From a bacterium (GTDB lineage: Bacteria > Patescibacteriota > Minisyncoccia > Phycocordibacterales > Zambryskibacteraceae), in contig JAUSGI010000005.1 in the NCBI GenBank assembly GCA_030649135.1, positions 5,754-69,753 on the forward strand: DNA of 64,000 nt, written 5' to 3'. A model generated the notes under the pieces. That model had not been told where the DNA came from, made no database searches, and saw only the letters and a list, made by a program, of their open reading frames with translations. The translations under genes and the position numbers were made by a program. Below are positions 1 through 8,218 of the stretch, in pieces. Positions within the stretch are counted from its first letter, which is position 1. Each line of letters starts with the position of its first letter.

Positions 1-270
1 ACCTCCTCCGGCATCCTCTCCGGCTTGACCACGAGGATCAGGCTGGGCACCATACCCCTTTCCGGGATAGGAGCCTGCGCCATCACCCACTCGACCTTGG
101 AATCCGACATGCGGTTTTCCACCGCAGCCAGACGCCCAAAGCAAGTGGTGCAGGCGCACCCCAACCACATCACCTCGAACGCGACGAGATTGCTCTCGAC
201 GCGACCGAAGCGAGGGTTGGACCAGCCGTCCACCCGCAGGCGAACGGTTCGGTTGGCCATGATTTCACCT
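1..270 (-). CDS. hypothetical protein, 5'-partial in window (continues past position 1)
   Basis: Open minus-strand frame from ATG at 268-270 to the window edge, preceded by a strong SD (GAAAGGAGGTG). Peptide MANRTVRLRVDGWSNPRFG...MWLGCACTTCFG. Not in the ORF track because it has no stop inside the window. Confidence 0.4.
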
Positions 271-382
271 CCTTTCATGGCGAGTTATTCACCCGGATAC
301 CAACTGATAGCGCCTTCTCGCTAATCAGTCAGAAATCCAAGGCTACATTAACGGCTAGGTCGCCCCAATCTTAAAAGAACAG

Positions 383-453
383 CTGTTTCGCCCTTTTGGG
401 CACATCAGTCGGGATACGCATCCCGAGACAGCAGGGACTAGTTGATAGTCCCT
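383..453 (+). repeat. copy A of a repeated about 70-nt hairpin-rich motif (CTGTTTC...CATCAG-YCGGGATACRCATCCCG-GAKACAG..CAGGG)
   Basis: Aligns at roughly 75-80% identity with 1549-1620. Contains two stem-loops (GGGATACGCATCCC and AGGGACTAgttgaTAGTCCCT). Confidence 0.5.
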
Positions 454-509
454 ATGGCGGTTTCATCCGCCCCTCCTTATCCCCAACCTCCCCTGTGCGG
501 GTGAGGATG

Positions 510-821
510 TTACGGGGTCGAATCACCTTTCCCGGCATACTTACTCCGGTACTCAGCGATGAGCGCGTCCGCCTCCTCAGTCGAGGAGACGACCTGCCGG
601 AGGCTAACCCTCCGGTTGAGCGTGCCGAACCGGCACGCCACGCGCGGATTGGCAGCTTCGCCAATCCGAAGGACGAGCAGGTACCCGTCCTTCGTCTTGC
701 GCAAGGAATGAGACATCTCCTCGTCGCAAAACTGGCGCACGACTACGCCGTCCGCGCTGGGAGCGGAATTGCACCCAGCGAAGAGCACGACCAGACAAAG
801 AACAGCGGCAAACTTGATCAT
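510..821 (-). CDS. small lipoprotein (signal peptide with lipobox LFAGC)
   Basis: N-terminus MIKFAAVLCLVVLFAGCNS is a typical lipoprotein signal. GC-rich. Confidence 0.5.
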   Translation of the reverse strand: MIKFAAVLCLVVLFAGCNSAPSADGVVVRQFCDEEMSHSLRKTKDGYLLVLRIGEAANPRVACRFGTLNRRVSLRQVVSSTEEADALIAEYRSKYAGKGDSTP

Positions 822-857
822 GTCTTATTCTCCTGCGGCCTCGCCGCTTTCGAACAT

Positions 858-890
858 TAAAGAACTTGAGCGAACCATTTCGCTCTTCTG
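858..890. repeat. 33-bp palindrome-containing motif AAAGAACTTGAGCGAAccATTTCGCTCTTCTGAA, copy 1
   Basis: Near-identical second copy at 1236-1268. Each lies 25-40 bp upstream of a minus-strand start codon (821 and 1210). Inner inverted repeat GAGCGAA/TTCGCTC. Confidence 0.55.
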
Positions 891-1042
891 AAAATCCAAT
901 TCCATTAGATTTTCGGAACAGCGGGCGAAGCATTGCACTTCGCCGGGTTTTTTAACGTGGTTCACTCCACGGAGCTGTGGTCTCGCCTCGGGATTATGAT
1001 TTGCCCGAGATCCCCACTCATGTTTGCTCAGGCACCTTCGAC

Positions 1043-1210
1043 TTACTTTCCAAAGCGATACAGCAGCTTTAGGAAGTAAGGAAAGGCCGCGAAGGACTGC
1101 GCACCTTTGAAGGCGAGGTTGCATCGCTTGCATACCATCACAAGCTGCCCGTCATCCGGGTCCTCGACCCCCTCAAGGAGTTTGTCCTTACACTCCGGAC
1201 AGTCCGTCAT
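1043..1210 (-). CDS. small zinc-ribbon protein (55 aa, CxxC...CxxC)
   Basis: ATG at 1208-1210 (minus) preceded by GGAGGTGG SD. Peptide MTDCPECKDKLLEGVEDPDDGQLVMVCKRCNLAFKG... Below the ORF-track size cut-off. Confidence 0.45.
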   Translation of the reverse strand: MTDCPECKDKLLEGVEDPDDGQLVMVCKRCNLAFKGAQSFAAFPYFLKLLYRFGK

Positions 1211-1235
1211 CTCTTACCACCTCCTTCTTCCAAAG

Positions 1236-1268
1236 AACTTGAGCGAATTATTTCGCTCTTCTGAAGAA
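1236..1268. repeat. 33-bp palindrome-containing motif, copy 2
   Basis: AAAGAACTTGAGCGAAttATTTCGCTCTTCTGAA. Same position relative to the downstream start as copy 1. Confidence 0.55.
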
Positions 1269-1548
1269 CCAAATTTCAATTTTTAGTTCCTCGGAAGAGG
1301 GGGCTAGAGAAGTTCTCTCGCCCCGGCGTAGTCTGGAGTCCCGGTTTCCCTATGCCGGGTTATCTCCAGTTAAGGACCCACGCAAGGTCCCGCGCCACAG
1401 TCGAGGCTTCCCTCGAACGTCTGTGACGACTCGCCGCAACAACCATTGCGGCAGCAGGGGCTGAGATCATCAGCCAACCGCCTGCACGGCCGGTGGACTC
1501 TGGCGCGTTTTGGGGTACGCACCGCTCCACCATGGGAAGAACAAAACC

Positions 1549-1620
1549 CTGTTTCATCCTTTCGGAATCATCAGCCCGGATACACATCCGGATACAGGAA
1601 CCAGGGTTTAGCATTCCTGG
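1549..1620 (+). repeat. copy B of the repeated hairpin-rich motif
   Basis: CTGTTTCATCCTTTCGGAATCATCAGCCCGGATACACATCCGGATACAGGAACCAGGG aligns with copy A. Hairpins CCGGATACACATCCGG and CCAGGgtttagcattCCTGG. Confidence 0.5.
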
Positions 1621-2153
1621 TAGCGGCTCTGCTTCCGCGCGGCTCACCACTCTAAGTAGGTGACACTTCTCTGTTTGTTATCGCGGGACAGAGAGCCGCG
1701 TATGCATTTTCTGTTCCCAGGACTGCGATAACACCCCGGCTAACCCTAAGTTAGCAGTACCCGGAGGGAGAAGATTACTTCCTTCTCCTCCAACGATCGG
1801 TCCGTCCTCCAGAAGGGAAAGAAATCGCTCGAAGCGACTCCCTCCTCTCGGATTTCGGACGACCGTCGGGGCTGTAGCCAGCCCGGGCGAGAATCATAGT
1901 GGCTTGCACCACCAGATTCTTCTTACCTTTTTCCACTCACTCACCTCCTTTCAGGGAACCTTGTCAGCGTCCGATTACAATCTTACTCCATGTGATATTT
2001 ATTGTCAACTCATTTTGACACTTTACTACAACTGGTCGTAAAAATATGGCTAAATAAGACCATAGTTTGAAATATGAGTTTAATTTGGTCTGACTAAACT
2101 AGTATTTAAAGGGTTGATATTTTTGACCAATAATGGTGTTTAGTCATTTACGT

Positions 2154-2182
2154 TTGACAAATAAAATTAGGGGGTATATACT
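2154..2182 (+). promoter_or_regulatory. sigma70-like promoter TTGACA-17-TATACT
   Basis: -35 TTGACA at 2154-2159, -10 TATACT at 2177-2182. It drives a short transcript that ends at the 2378-2412 hairpin. Confidence 0.45.
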
Positions 2183-2377
2183 GGTGACAGAAACTCCTCG
2201 AAAGGAGAGTGCATGAACGACTAGGGGATGGGGAAGTCCGGGGCGTAGCGCCCCGGACATGACCCAGAAATGCGGTTAACAGAAAAGGAGATTGGGATGG
2301 CCGACTGATGTCGTACCTAGGGTAGCTTCAAAAACCAGGAGGGGGTTATGCTGTTAGCAATGACCCCACCCACAAAT

Positions 2378-2412
2378 GCCGTGGCGGCTTCACCGCCACG
2401 GCATCTTCATTT
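2378..2412. terminator. intrinsic terminator-like hairpin GCCGTGGCGG-cttca-CCGCCACGGC followed by a T-rich run
   Basis: Perfect 10-bp stem. It sits where the plus-strand leader unit converges with the 3' end of the minus-strand TrmB-like gene. Confidence 0.55.
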
Positions 2413-3147
2413 ATGATCAAAGATGTATTTGATAAGGCTTTTAAGAGTTTCTGCAAACTCCTGACTTTTTACAGATATTCCTGAAAGTCTTTTCCCGAGT
2501 ATGGCTATTTTCACACGATCGCCATAAATCGTTATGTCACTTGTAATCGGATACTTTTCATGATCTATTTTAATTCTTTCTCCAGTGCTATCAGACGGTT
2601 TATCGATAATTTTCGAGGTGTAAATTGATTTCGACCTGATTCCTCTGGAAATCCTTTCCTCTCGCATATTCGTCGTTTCTTTTTCAGTAAATAGATCTTT
2701 TACTAAATCTAGTGGATATACCATATAGACTGGTTCGTCATCGAGTTTTTTTACAAAAGTATCATCGTTGGAACTCAAGACCCCTTCCTTACCATCGAAA
2801 AACTGGACTATAGGTTTTCCTACTCGCTCTCCTTGGAGACCTCTCAATTGGGGGATGATGATATCTAAGCTTTTTTTGTTTTCCTCTAGAAGGTGAATTT
2901 GTCTCTCAACAAAGAAACCGAGTTTCTCCGGTGGTTCGGCTAGGTAATAAGTCTTTTTACCTATATTGGTCTCACTTACAAGACCCTTTTTAGCCAAAGA
3001 GTCGAGAATGACATAAGTTGTTGGTCTTTTAACTTTCGCTTTTTGTGAGATCTCTGATATTTGAGCCTTGTCGAAAGAGAGGAGGGCGACATAGACTGCC
3101 GCTTCCTTATCGCTCAATCCTATATCCCTGAGATATTTCTCGAACAT
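2407..3147 (-). CDS. TrmB-family transcriptional regulator
   Basis: N-terminal winged-HTH pattern MFEKYLRDIGLSDKEAAVYVALLSF...EISQKAKVKRPTTYVILDSLAKKGLV, as in TrmB regulators. Confidence 0.6.
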   Translation of the reverse strand: MFEKYLRDIGLSDKEAAVYVALLSFDKAQISEISQKAKVKRPTTYVILDSLAKKGLVSETNIGKKTYYLAEPPEKLGFFVERQIHLLEENKKSLDIIIPQLRGLQGERVGKPIVQFFDGKEGVLSSNDDTFVKKLDDEPVYMVYPLDLVKDLFTEKETTNMREERISRGIRSKSIYTSKIIDKPSDSTGERIKIDHEKYPITSDITIYGDRVKIAILGKRLSGISVKSQEFAETLKSLIKYIFDHK

Positions 3148-3180
3148 ATATTAAATGATAGCATGACAGAAACTCTGCTG

Positions 3181-4119
3181 TTACTTCCTCCTTGAATGAA
3201 ACCTTTTGTGGGTATCGCGAAGCGCCTTGTCGGTGACGTGGGTATATATTTGAGTTGTCGAAATATTGGCGTGGCCGAGAAGCATTTGGACGCTACGAAG
3301 GTCGGCGCCATTGCTTAAAAGATCAGTAGCAAAGCTGTGACGAATAACGTGAGGTGTCACTTTTTTTGAAATGCCGGCTTTTATCGCATAATGCTTCACA
3401 ATTCTTTCTATCGAGCGGCGAGTGAGAGGAAGGGAGTCTTTGGTTTTAGTGTTTTTCCCTACCTGAACAAAGAGGGCATCATTCATATCCTTGCGAGCTT
3501 TGAGATATTTGGATACGGCGTTTCTCGCTTCATCAGAAACAAAGACTACCCGCACCTTACTGCCTTTACCCCTGATAGAAAACTCCCCGACAGAAAGATC
3601 AGTATCATTATTTAACGAGCAGAGTTCGGATACACGAAGCCCTGTGGAGAAAAGCATTTCAAGGATAGCTTTGTCGCGAAGTTCTTTAATTCCATCGCCT
3701 TTGGGCATCTCAAGTAGGCGAGTGAGTTCGGCAGGGGAGATGAGATCAAGAGAGCGTTCTCCAACTTTAGCCAGTTCAATGCGTTCTGCTGGCAGACTTG
3801 TAATTTCTTGCCGAGCCAGATACTTGAGAAAAGAGCGTAAGGCAATCAGATAATAATTCTGCGTCTTCTTCGACATGGTTTCACCGGTTTGTCGGTTATT
3901 GCCGGTCGACTGGCGGTTAAGCCACATCCTAAATTCTCTCACCACTTCGTCACTAATATCCTTCGGATTTTTTACTTCGGTATGCTTAAGAAAAACGGAA
4001 AGGTAGTGGTCATAGTTCTCAATAGTCTTGAGTGCCCGGCCCTTTTCGATCTCGGTATATTCCAGAAATCCTCTCTTTAATCGCTCTAGTTCACTAACAT
4101 TCCCCATATTGTGCGACAT
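3181..4119 (-). CDS. tyrosine site-specific recombinase (XerC/XerD / phage-integrase family)
   Basis: Catalytic-domain motifs LRVSELCSL, HVIRHSFATDLL and LLGHANISTTQIYTHV (R-H-R-Y signature). Confidence 0.85.
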   Translation of the reverse strand: MSHNMGNVSELERLKRGFLEYTEIEKGRALKTIENYDHYLSVFLKHTEVKNPKDISDEVVREFRMWLNRQSTGNNRQTGETMSKKTQNYYLIALRSFLKYLARQEITSLPAERIELAKVGERSLDLISPAELTRLLEMPKGDGIKELRDKAILEMLFSTGLRVSELCSLNNDTDLSVGEFSIRGKGSKVRVVFVSDEARNAVSKYLKARKDMNDALFVQVGKNTKTKDSLPLTRRSIERIVKHYAIKAGISKKVTPHVIRHSFATDLLSNGADLRSVQMLLGHANISTTQIYTHVTDKALRDTHKRFHSRRK

Positions 4120-4198
4120 TATAACACGGACGCATTTGACTTGATTTTCTGTTCAAATAGTTATAGGTTTCTTAGCAGAATTGAGCACAGACAGGAGA

Positions 4199-4462
4199 AT
4201 GGCCATGCGATCAGTCACGATAACATTCACGGAAGAGCTCCAGGATGTCGAGAGCGGCGTGACTCCGGGTGGAGCGATCTTTCTCCACAGCATGATTATG
4301 GCGATTAACCGCTTCACGAATACGCTTGAGGTTACCGCACCGCATGAGATCAAGGTAACCGCCGAACTCATTGGGCTCAAATACGAGGACGGCGCAGACG
4401 AGGATGCATTCTCGGTCATTGTGCACAGATCCAAGGTCAGCAAGATGACCATCGAGTTTTAG
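4199..4462 (+). CDS. hypothetical small protein
   Basis: AGGAGA SD. ATG at 4199, or more likely the second ATG at 4205. Followed by a strong terminator. Moderately GC-rich. Confidence 0.45.
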   Translation: MAMRSVTITFTEELQDVESGVTPGGAIFLHSMIMAINRFTNTLEVTAPHEIKVTAELIGLKYEDGADEDAFSVIVHRSKVSKMTIEF

Positions 4463-4490
4463 TAACTACCTTTCGAACAGTATCAGGGGT

Positions 4491-4525
4491 AGGGCCGCGA
4501 CGTCGTCGCGGCCCTCTTTTCATTT
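4491..4525 (+). terminator. rho-independent terminator
   Basis: AGGGCCGCGACgtcGTCGCGGCCCT followed by CTTTTCATTT. Confidence 0.7.
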
Positions 4526-4538
4526 ACCTTTTAGTGTG

Positions 4539-4567
4539 TTGCAAAATATGAGTGCATATGCTATACT
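4539..4567 (+). promoter_or_regulatory. candidate promoter TTGCAA-17-TATACT upstream of rpsO
   Basis: The motifs are present, but the -10 ends only about 7 nt before the GTG start. That would make the mRNA leaderless, hence the low confidence. Confidence 0.3.
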
Positions 4568-4573
4568 TGGAAA

Positions 4574-4840
4574 GTGATTTCAAAGACCAGAAAACTTAAG
4601 CTCATCAAGGAAGTAGCCATCCACGAAAAGGATACGGGCTCTCCTGAAGTGCAAATTTCCATACTGACAAAGCGTATCGAGGATTTAGCCAAACATCTCA
4701 AAACGCATGCCAAGGACAATCACTCGCGTCGCGGGCTTCTCGCCATGGTGGCGGGGCGCCAGGCGCATATGAAATATTTGGAAAAGAAAAGTCCGAAACG
4801 CGCCAGAGCTTTAGAAAAGAAACTTGGTCTGAAGAAATAA
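4574..4840 (+). CDS. rpsO: 30S ribosomal protein S15
   Basis: ...DTGSPEVQISILTKRIEDLAKHLKTHAKDNHSRRGLLAMV... matches the conserved S15 core. GTG start. Confidence 0.9.
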   Translation: MISKTRKLKLIKEVAIHEKDTGSPEVQISILTKRIEDLAKHLKTHAKDNHSRRGLLAMVAGRQAHMKYLEKKSPKRARALEKKLGLKK

Positions 4841-4864
4841 GTTTTAATAGATTAGAAAAATTTA

Positions 4865-5407
4865 ATGACAGTAATAAAACATAAAGCCCAGCGGGTCGGC
4901 ATTTTCATAGACACGCAAAACATTTATCACAGCGCCAAAAATATTCACCACGCCAAAGCAAATTTTGGCGCGATAGTGAAGGACGTACTCGATGGACGGG
5001 TGCTCATCCGCGCTTTAGCCTACGTGGTCACTACCGAATCCGGCGAAGAAAACGCCTTCTTCGGCGCGCTAGAAAAAGCGGGTATCGAAATACGTTCGAA
5101 ACCATTGCAAATATTTCTCGGTGGAGCCAAGAAAGCGGACTGGGATGTCGGATTGGCAATTGATGCCGTCACTATGGCACCCAAACTCGACAGCATCATC
5201 CTCTTGTCCGGCGATGGAGACTATGTGCCTTTGGTAGAATACATTCAAAACACCCATGGTTGCCAGGTAGAGGTAGTGGCCTTCGGCAAATCATCTTCGG
5301 CGCGTCTGATTGAAGCGGCCGATGACTTTATCGACCTCGACCAGAATCCTAAAAAATATCTTCTCAACACCAACAACATAAAACTTCGTGAAGGAGGCGT
5401 CAGATAG
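4865..5407 (+). CDS. NYN-domain (LabA-like, PIN-like) protein
   Basis: VGIFIDTQNIYH...DVGLAIDAV...LLSGDGDYVPLVEYIQ...VEVVAFG pattern of the NYN/LabA family. Confidence 0.8.
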   Translation: MTVIKHKAQRVGIFIDTQNIYHSAKNIHHAKANFGAIVKDVLDGRVLIRALAYVVTTESGEENAFFGALEKAGIEIRSKPLQIFLGGAKKADWDVGLAIDAVTMAPKLDSIILLSGDGDYVPLVEYIQNTHGCQVEVVAFGKSSSARLIEAADDFIDLDQNPKKYLLNTNNIKLREGGVR

Positions 5408-5441
5408 TTCGACCAACTCACTACAAGTGAGTTAGAATAGA

Positions 5442-6308
5442 GTGATGAATCCGGAAGAAACTCCTTTAAAACAAATTCGCACCTTTCAAGGAGATGTAGC
5501 GGAAGCACTCCAGAAACAGCAAGGCTCGCTCGTCTCGATTCAACAAGCGGAACATTTAAGAACAAGGAACCGTCTTTCGGCTACCGATACCGCCACAGAA
5601 CAACCTAACAAAAGAAAGGAATTCGTCGTGCTCCTTTTAGGAAGCTTTGTTCTCCTCGCCCTAAGTGTGGGCGGGGGCTGGTATGCTTACAACGAATATG
5701 TGAGAAGGTCCGCCACTCCGATTACAACCGCACCGGCAAACAGATTTATATCGGCCAATACCGAAGCCAATATAATGCTTGCGGCCACTTCACGCGATAC
5801 TCTTTTTCAGACTCTTTCCGATGCCATCAAGGGCATGGCCTCCGGGGAACTTAGACATGTCGTCTTGCGAAAGGGTTTGACGAAAGAAACGGCTTATCTG
5901 TTTCCCACAAGCGAATTTTTGGTAGCACTCGAGAGCCGGGCTCCCGGCGGGCTGGTACGAGCTTTCGACCCGCTTTTCATGTTTGGAGCTTCCGGAAAAA
6001 GTGCCTTCTTAATAATTAAACTGGCCTCTTTTGAAAATGCCTTTGCGGGCATGCTCGCTTGGGAGAAAAATATGAGTCAAGATATCGGACCTCTATTTGC
6101 CACCGCCACGCTCTTGAAAGATATGCCGCCCGAAGCCGTCTTCACGGACCTGATAGACAAAAACAAGGACGTTCGGGTCCTTGCGCTCGGCAAGGAGCCA
6201 GTTCTCCTTTACTCATTTGTCGACAACAATATGCTTATCATCACGGATAATATCGAGACTTTAAGAACTCTCGTAGACCGCCTGACGCGAGAAAAACTTT
6301 CCCGTTAG
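5442..6308 (+). CDS. hypothetical membrane-anchored protein
   Basis: Single predicted TM segment (FVVLLLGSFVLLALSVGGGWYAY). No recognisable domain. Confidence 0.5.
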   Translation: MMNPEETPLKQIRTFQGDVAEALQKQQGSLVSIQQAEHLRTRNRLSATDTATEQPNKRKEFVVLLLGSFVLLALSVGGGWYAYNEYVRRSATPITTAPANRFISANTEANIMLAATSRDTLFQTLSDAIKGMASGELRHVVLRKGLTKETAYLFPTSEFLVALESRAPGGLVRAFDPLFMFGASGKSAFLIIKLASFENAFAGMLAWEKNMSQDIGPLFATATLLKDMPPEAVFTDLIDKNKDVRVLALGKEPVLLYSFVDNNMLIITDNIETLRTLVDRLTREKLSR

Positions 6309-6332
6309 CCCGTTTTCTGATAAGATAAGTGT

Positions 6333-6692
6333 ATGGCTATAGACTACGAACACTTTAAAACAAAGCTAGAGGCGGAAAAAAAACTTTTAGAAGAAGAGTT
6401 GGAGAAAGTCGGCAGAAGAAACCCCGATAACCTTTCCGATTGGGAAGCCACCCCTGCTGACAAAGACACCTCCCAAGCGGACGAAAACACCGTCGCTGAT
6501 GGCGTGGAAGACTATGAAGACAATGTGGCAATCGTTGACACTTTGGAAACTCGTTACCGAGACCTCAAAATCGCTTTGGATAAAATCAAGCAGGGCACCT
6601 ACGGCATCTGCGAAACCGACAAAGAAGAAATAGACACGGAGCGGCTTGAAGCGAATCCATCAGCCCGCACTTGCCGCAAACATATGGAATGA
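6333..6692 (+). CDS. DksA/TraR-family C4-type zinc-finger protein (degenerate finger)
   Basis: C-terminal LDKIKQGTYGICETDKEEIDTERLEANPSARTCRKH resembles DksA/TraR. Stop overlaps the comM start (ATGA). Confidence 0.65.
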   Translation: MAIDYEHFKTKLEAEKKLLEEELEKVGRRNPDNLSDWEATPADKDTSQADENTVADGVEDYEDNVAIVDTLETRYRDLKIALDKIKQGTYGICETDKEEIDTERLEANPSARTCRKHME

Positions 6693-8218
6693 GTTTCTCC
6701 AAGGTTTATAGTGCACAAACAAATCTTCTTTCTGTTATCCCTATTTCCGTCGAGACGGATATTTCTCGCGGTCTAAATGCTTTCGCAATAGTCGGCCTGC
6801 CGGACAAAGCCGTAGAAGAAGCGCGGGACCGTGTCTCAGCCGCTATCAAAAACTCTGGGTTTGATTCCCCGAAAGCTAAAAATCATAAAATAGTTATCTC
6901 ACTTGCGCCTGCGGACCAGAAGAAAGAAGGCCCGTCCTACGATGTTGCCATCGCTCTGTCATACCTTACGGCCAATAAAGACATCGCCTTCGACCACGAG
7001 GGTAAATTATTTTTAGGGGAGCTATCGCTCGACGGAAAAGTGCGGGCGGTACACGGCATCCTGCCTATTGCCCAATTTGCCAAACAAAATGGTTTCAAAG
7101 AACTTTATGTACCCATGGAAAATGTTCGCGAAGCGGCTCTTATTGACGGTGTAAGTATCTTTGGCATCTTGTCCCTTGCGGGGCTCATAGAACATCTTTC
7201 CGGTACTGCCAAAATTCCAAAAGCGATATTGACCGTAGTCGATAAAAGAAAATCGGTTTCGAATATAGACTTCTCCGACATCAGGGGTCAAGAAAGGGCC
7301 AAGCGTGGACTCTTGATTGCGGCGGCAGGCGGACATAATGCCGCCATGTACGGACCGCCCGGTACCGGCAAAACCATGCTTGCTAAAGCTTTTGCCGGCA
7401 TCTTGCCGGAACTCACTTTCGAAGAGGCACTCGAAGCGACCGGCATCCACTCCGTAGCAGGCACGCTCTCCGAAACTTTTATTGCTCACCCTCCTTTCCG
7501 AGCACCACACCATACCGCTTCGTACGTTTCATTAGTCGGTGGCGGAGCCACGCCTAGGCCGGGAGAAATCACTTTGGCTCACCGCGGAGTCCTTTTCATG
7601 GATGAATTCCCGGAGTTTGACAGGAGAGTGATAGAAAGTTTACGCCAACCGCTTGAAGATAAAGTGATATCCGTTTCCCGCGCCAAAGGCACGGCGCACT
7701 TCCCGGCGAATGTGTTATTGATAGCCGCCATGAATCCATGCCCTTGCGGGAACTTCGGCTTCCGAGGCAAGCCCTGCATTTGCACACCTTCCACGCTTTC
7801 GAGGTATCGAAGGAAAATGTCGGGACCAATCATGGACCGCATAGACATCTGGCTTGAAGTGGATAGAGTCCTGCCAAGCGAACTCTCCGGCGACTCGGAA
7901 GGGGAAGTAAGTGAGAGTCTTCGAAGTAAAGTGGAGAAGGCACGAGTAGCCCAGAAAGAACGTTTCAATAAAAAAGGCAAGAAAATATCGCGCAACTCGG
8001 AAATGAACGCCAGAGACATGGTGACACTTGTCACTCTCGATAAAGAATCGCGCAGGACGCTTGACCTCGCCGCAGAGCGTTTAGGTTTTTCCCCACGCGT
8101 TTATCACCGAATGATAAAAGTGGCGCGCACCGTTGCCGACCTTGAGGGCAGCGAAGAAATTAACAACTCGCACATCCTAGAGGCAGTCGAATACCGCCCT
8201 AAAAAGTTTGATGTTTAG
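6689..8218 (+). CDS. comM: YifB/ComM-family Mg-chelatase-like AAA+ ATPase
   Basis: N-terminal Lon-like domain, Walker A GPPGTGKTMLAKA, C-terminal ChlI-like region. Confidence 0.9.
   Translation: MSFSKVYSAQTNLLSVIPISVETDISRGLNAFAIVGLPDKAVEEARDRVSAAIKNSGFDSPKAKNHKIVISLAPADQKKEGPSYDVAIALSYLTANKDIAFDHEGKLFLGELSLDGKVRAVHGILPIAQFAKQNGFKELYVPMENVREAALIDGVSIFGILSLAGLIEHLSGTAKIPKAILTVVDKRKSVSNIDFSDIRGQERAKRGLLIAAAGGHNAAMYGPPGTGKTMLAKAFAGILPELTFEEALEATGIHSVAGTLSETFIAHPPFRAPHHTASYVSLVGGGATPRPGEITLAHRGVLFMDEFPEFDRRVIESLRQPLEDKVISVSRAKGTAHFPANVLLIAAMNPCPCGNFGFRGKPCICTPSTLSRYRRKMSGPIMDRIDIWLEVDRVLPSELSGDSEGEVSESLRSKVEKARVAQKERFNKKGKKISRNSEMNARDMVTLVTLDKESRRTLDLAAERLGFSPRVYHRMIKVARTVADLEGSEEINNSHILEAVEYRPKKFDV

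Noticed and set aside
25-324. Plus-strand 99-aa ORF at the window start
   Set aside because: Arg-rich, low-complexity translation of a GC-rich region. The opposite strand carries a better ORF with a strong SD (1-270, minus).
1300-1980. RNase P RNA, tmRNA or SRP RNA in the GC-rich non-coding block
   Set aside because: Conserved elements (RNase P GGAAAGTCCGGGCTCC / ACAGAANCCGGCTTA, tmRNA termini, the SRP AGGUCCGGAAGGAAGCAGC motif) were not found. The closest match (ACACCCCGGCTAACC at about 1727) is too weak. Left as an unassigned structured region.
7022-8034. Minus-strand ORFs (163 aa, 151 aa, 77 aa) inside comM
   Set aside because: Fully embedded antisense within a well-supported conserved gene.
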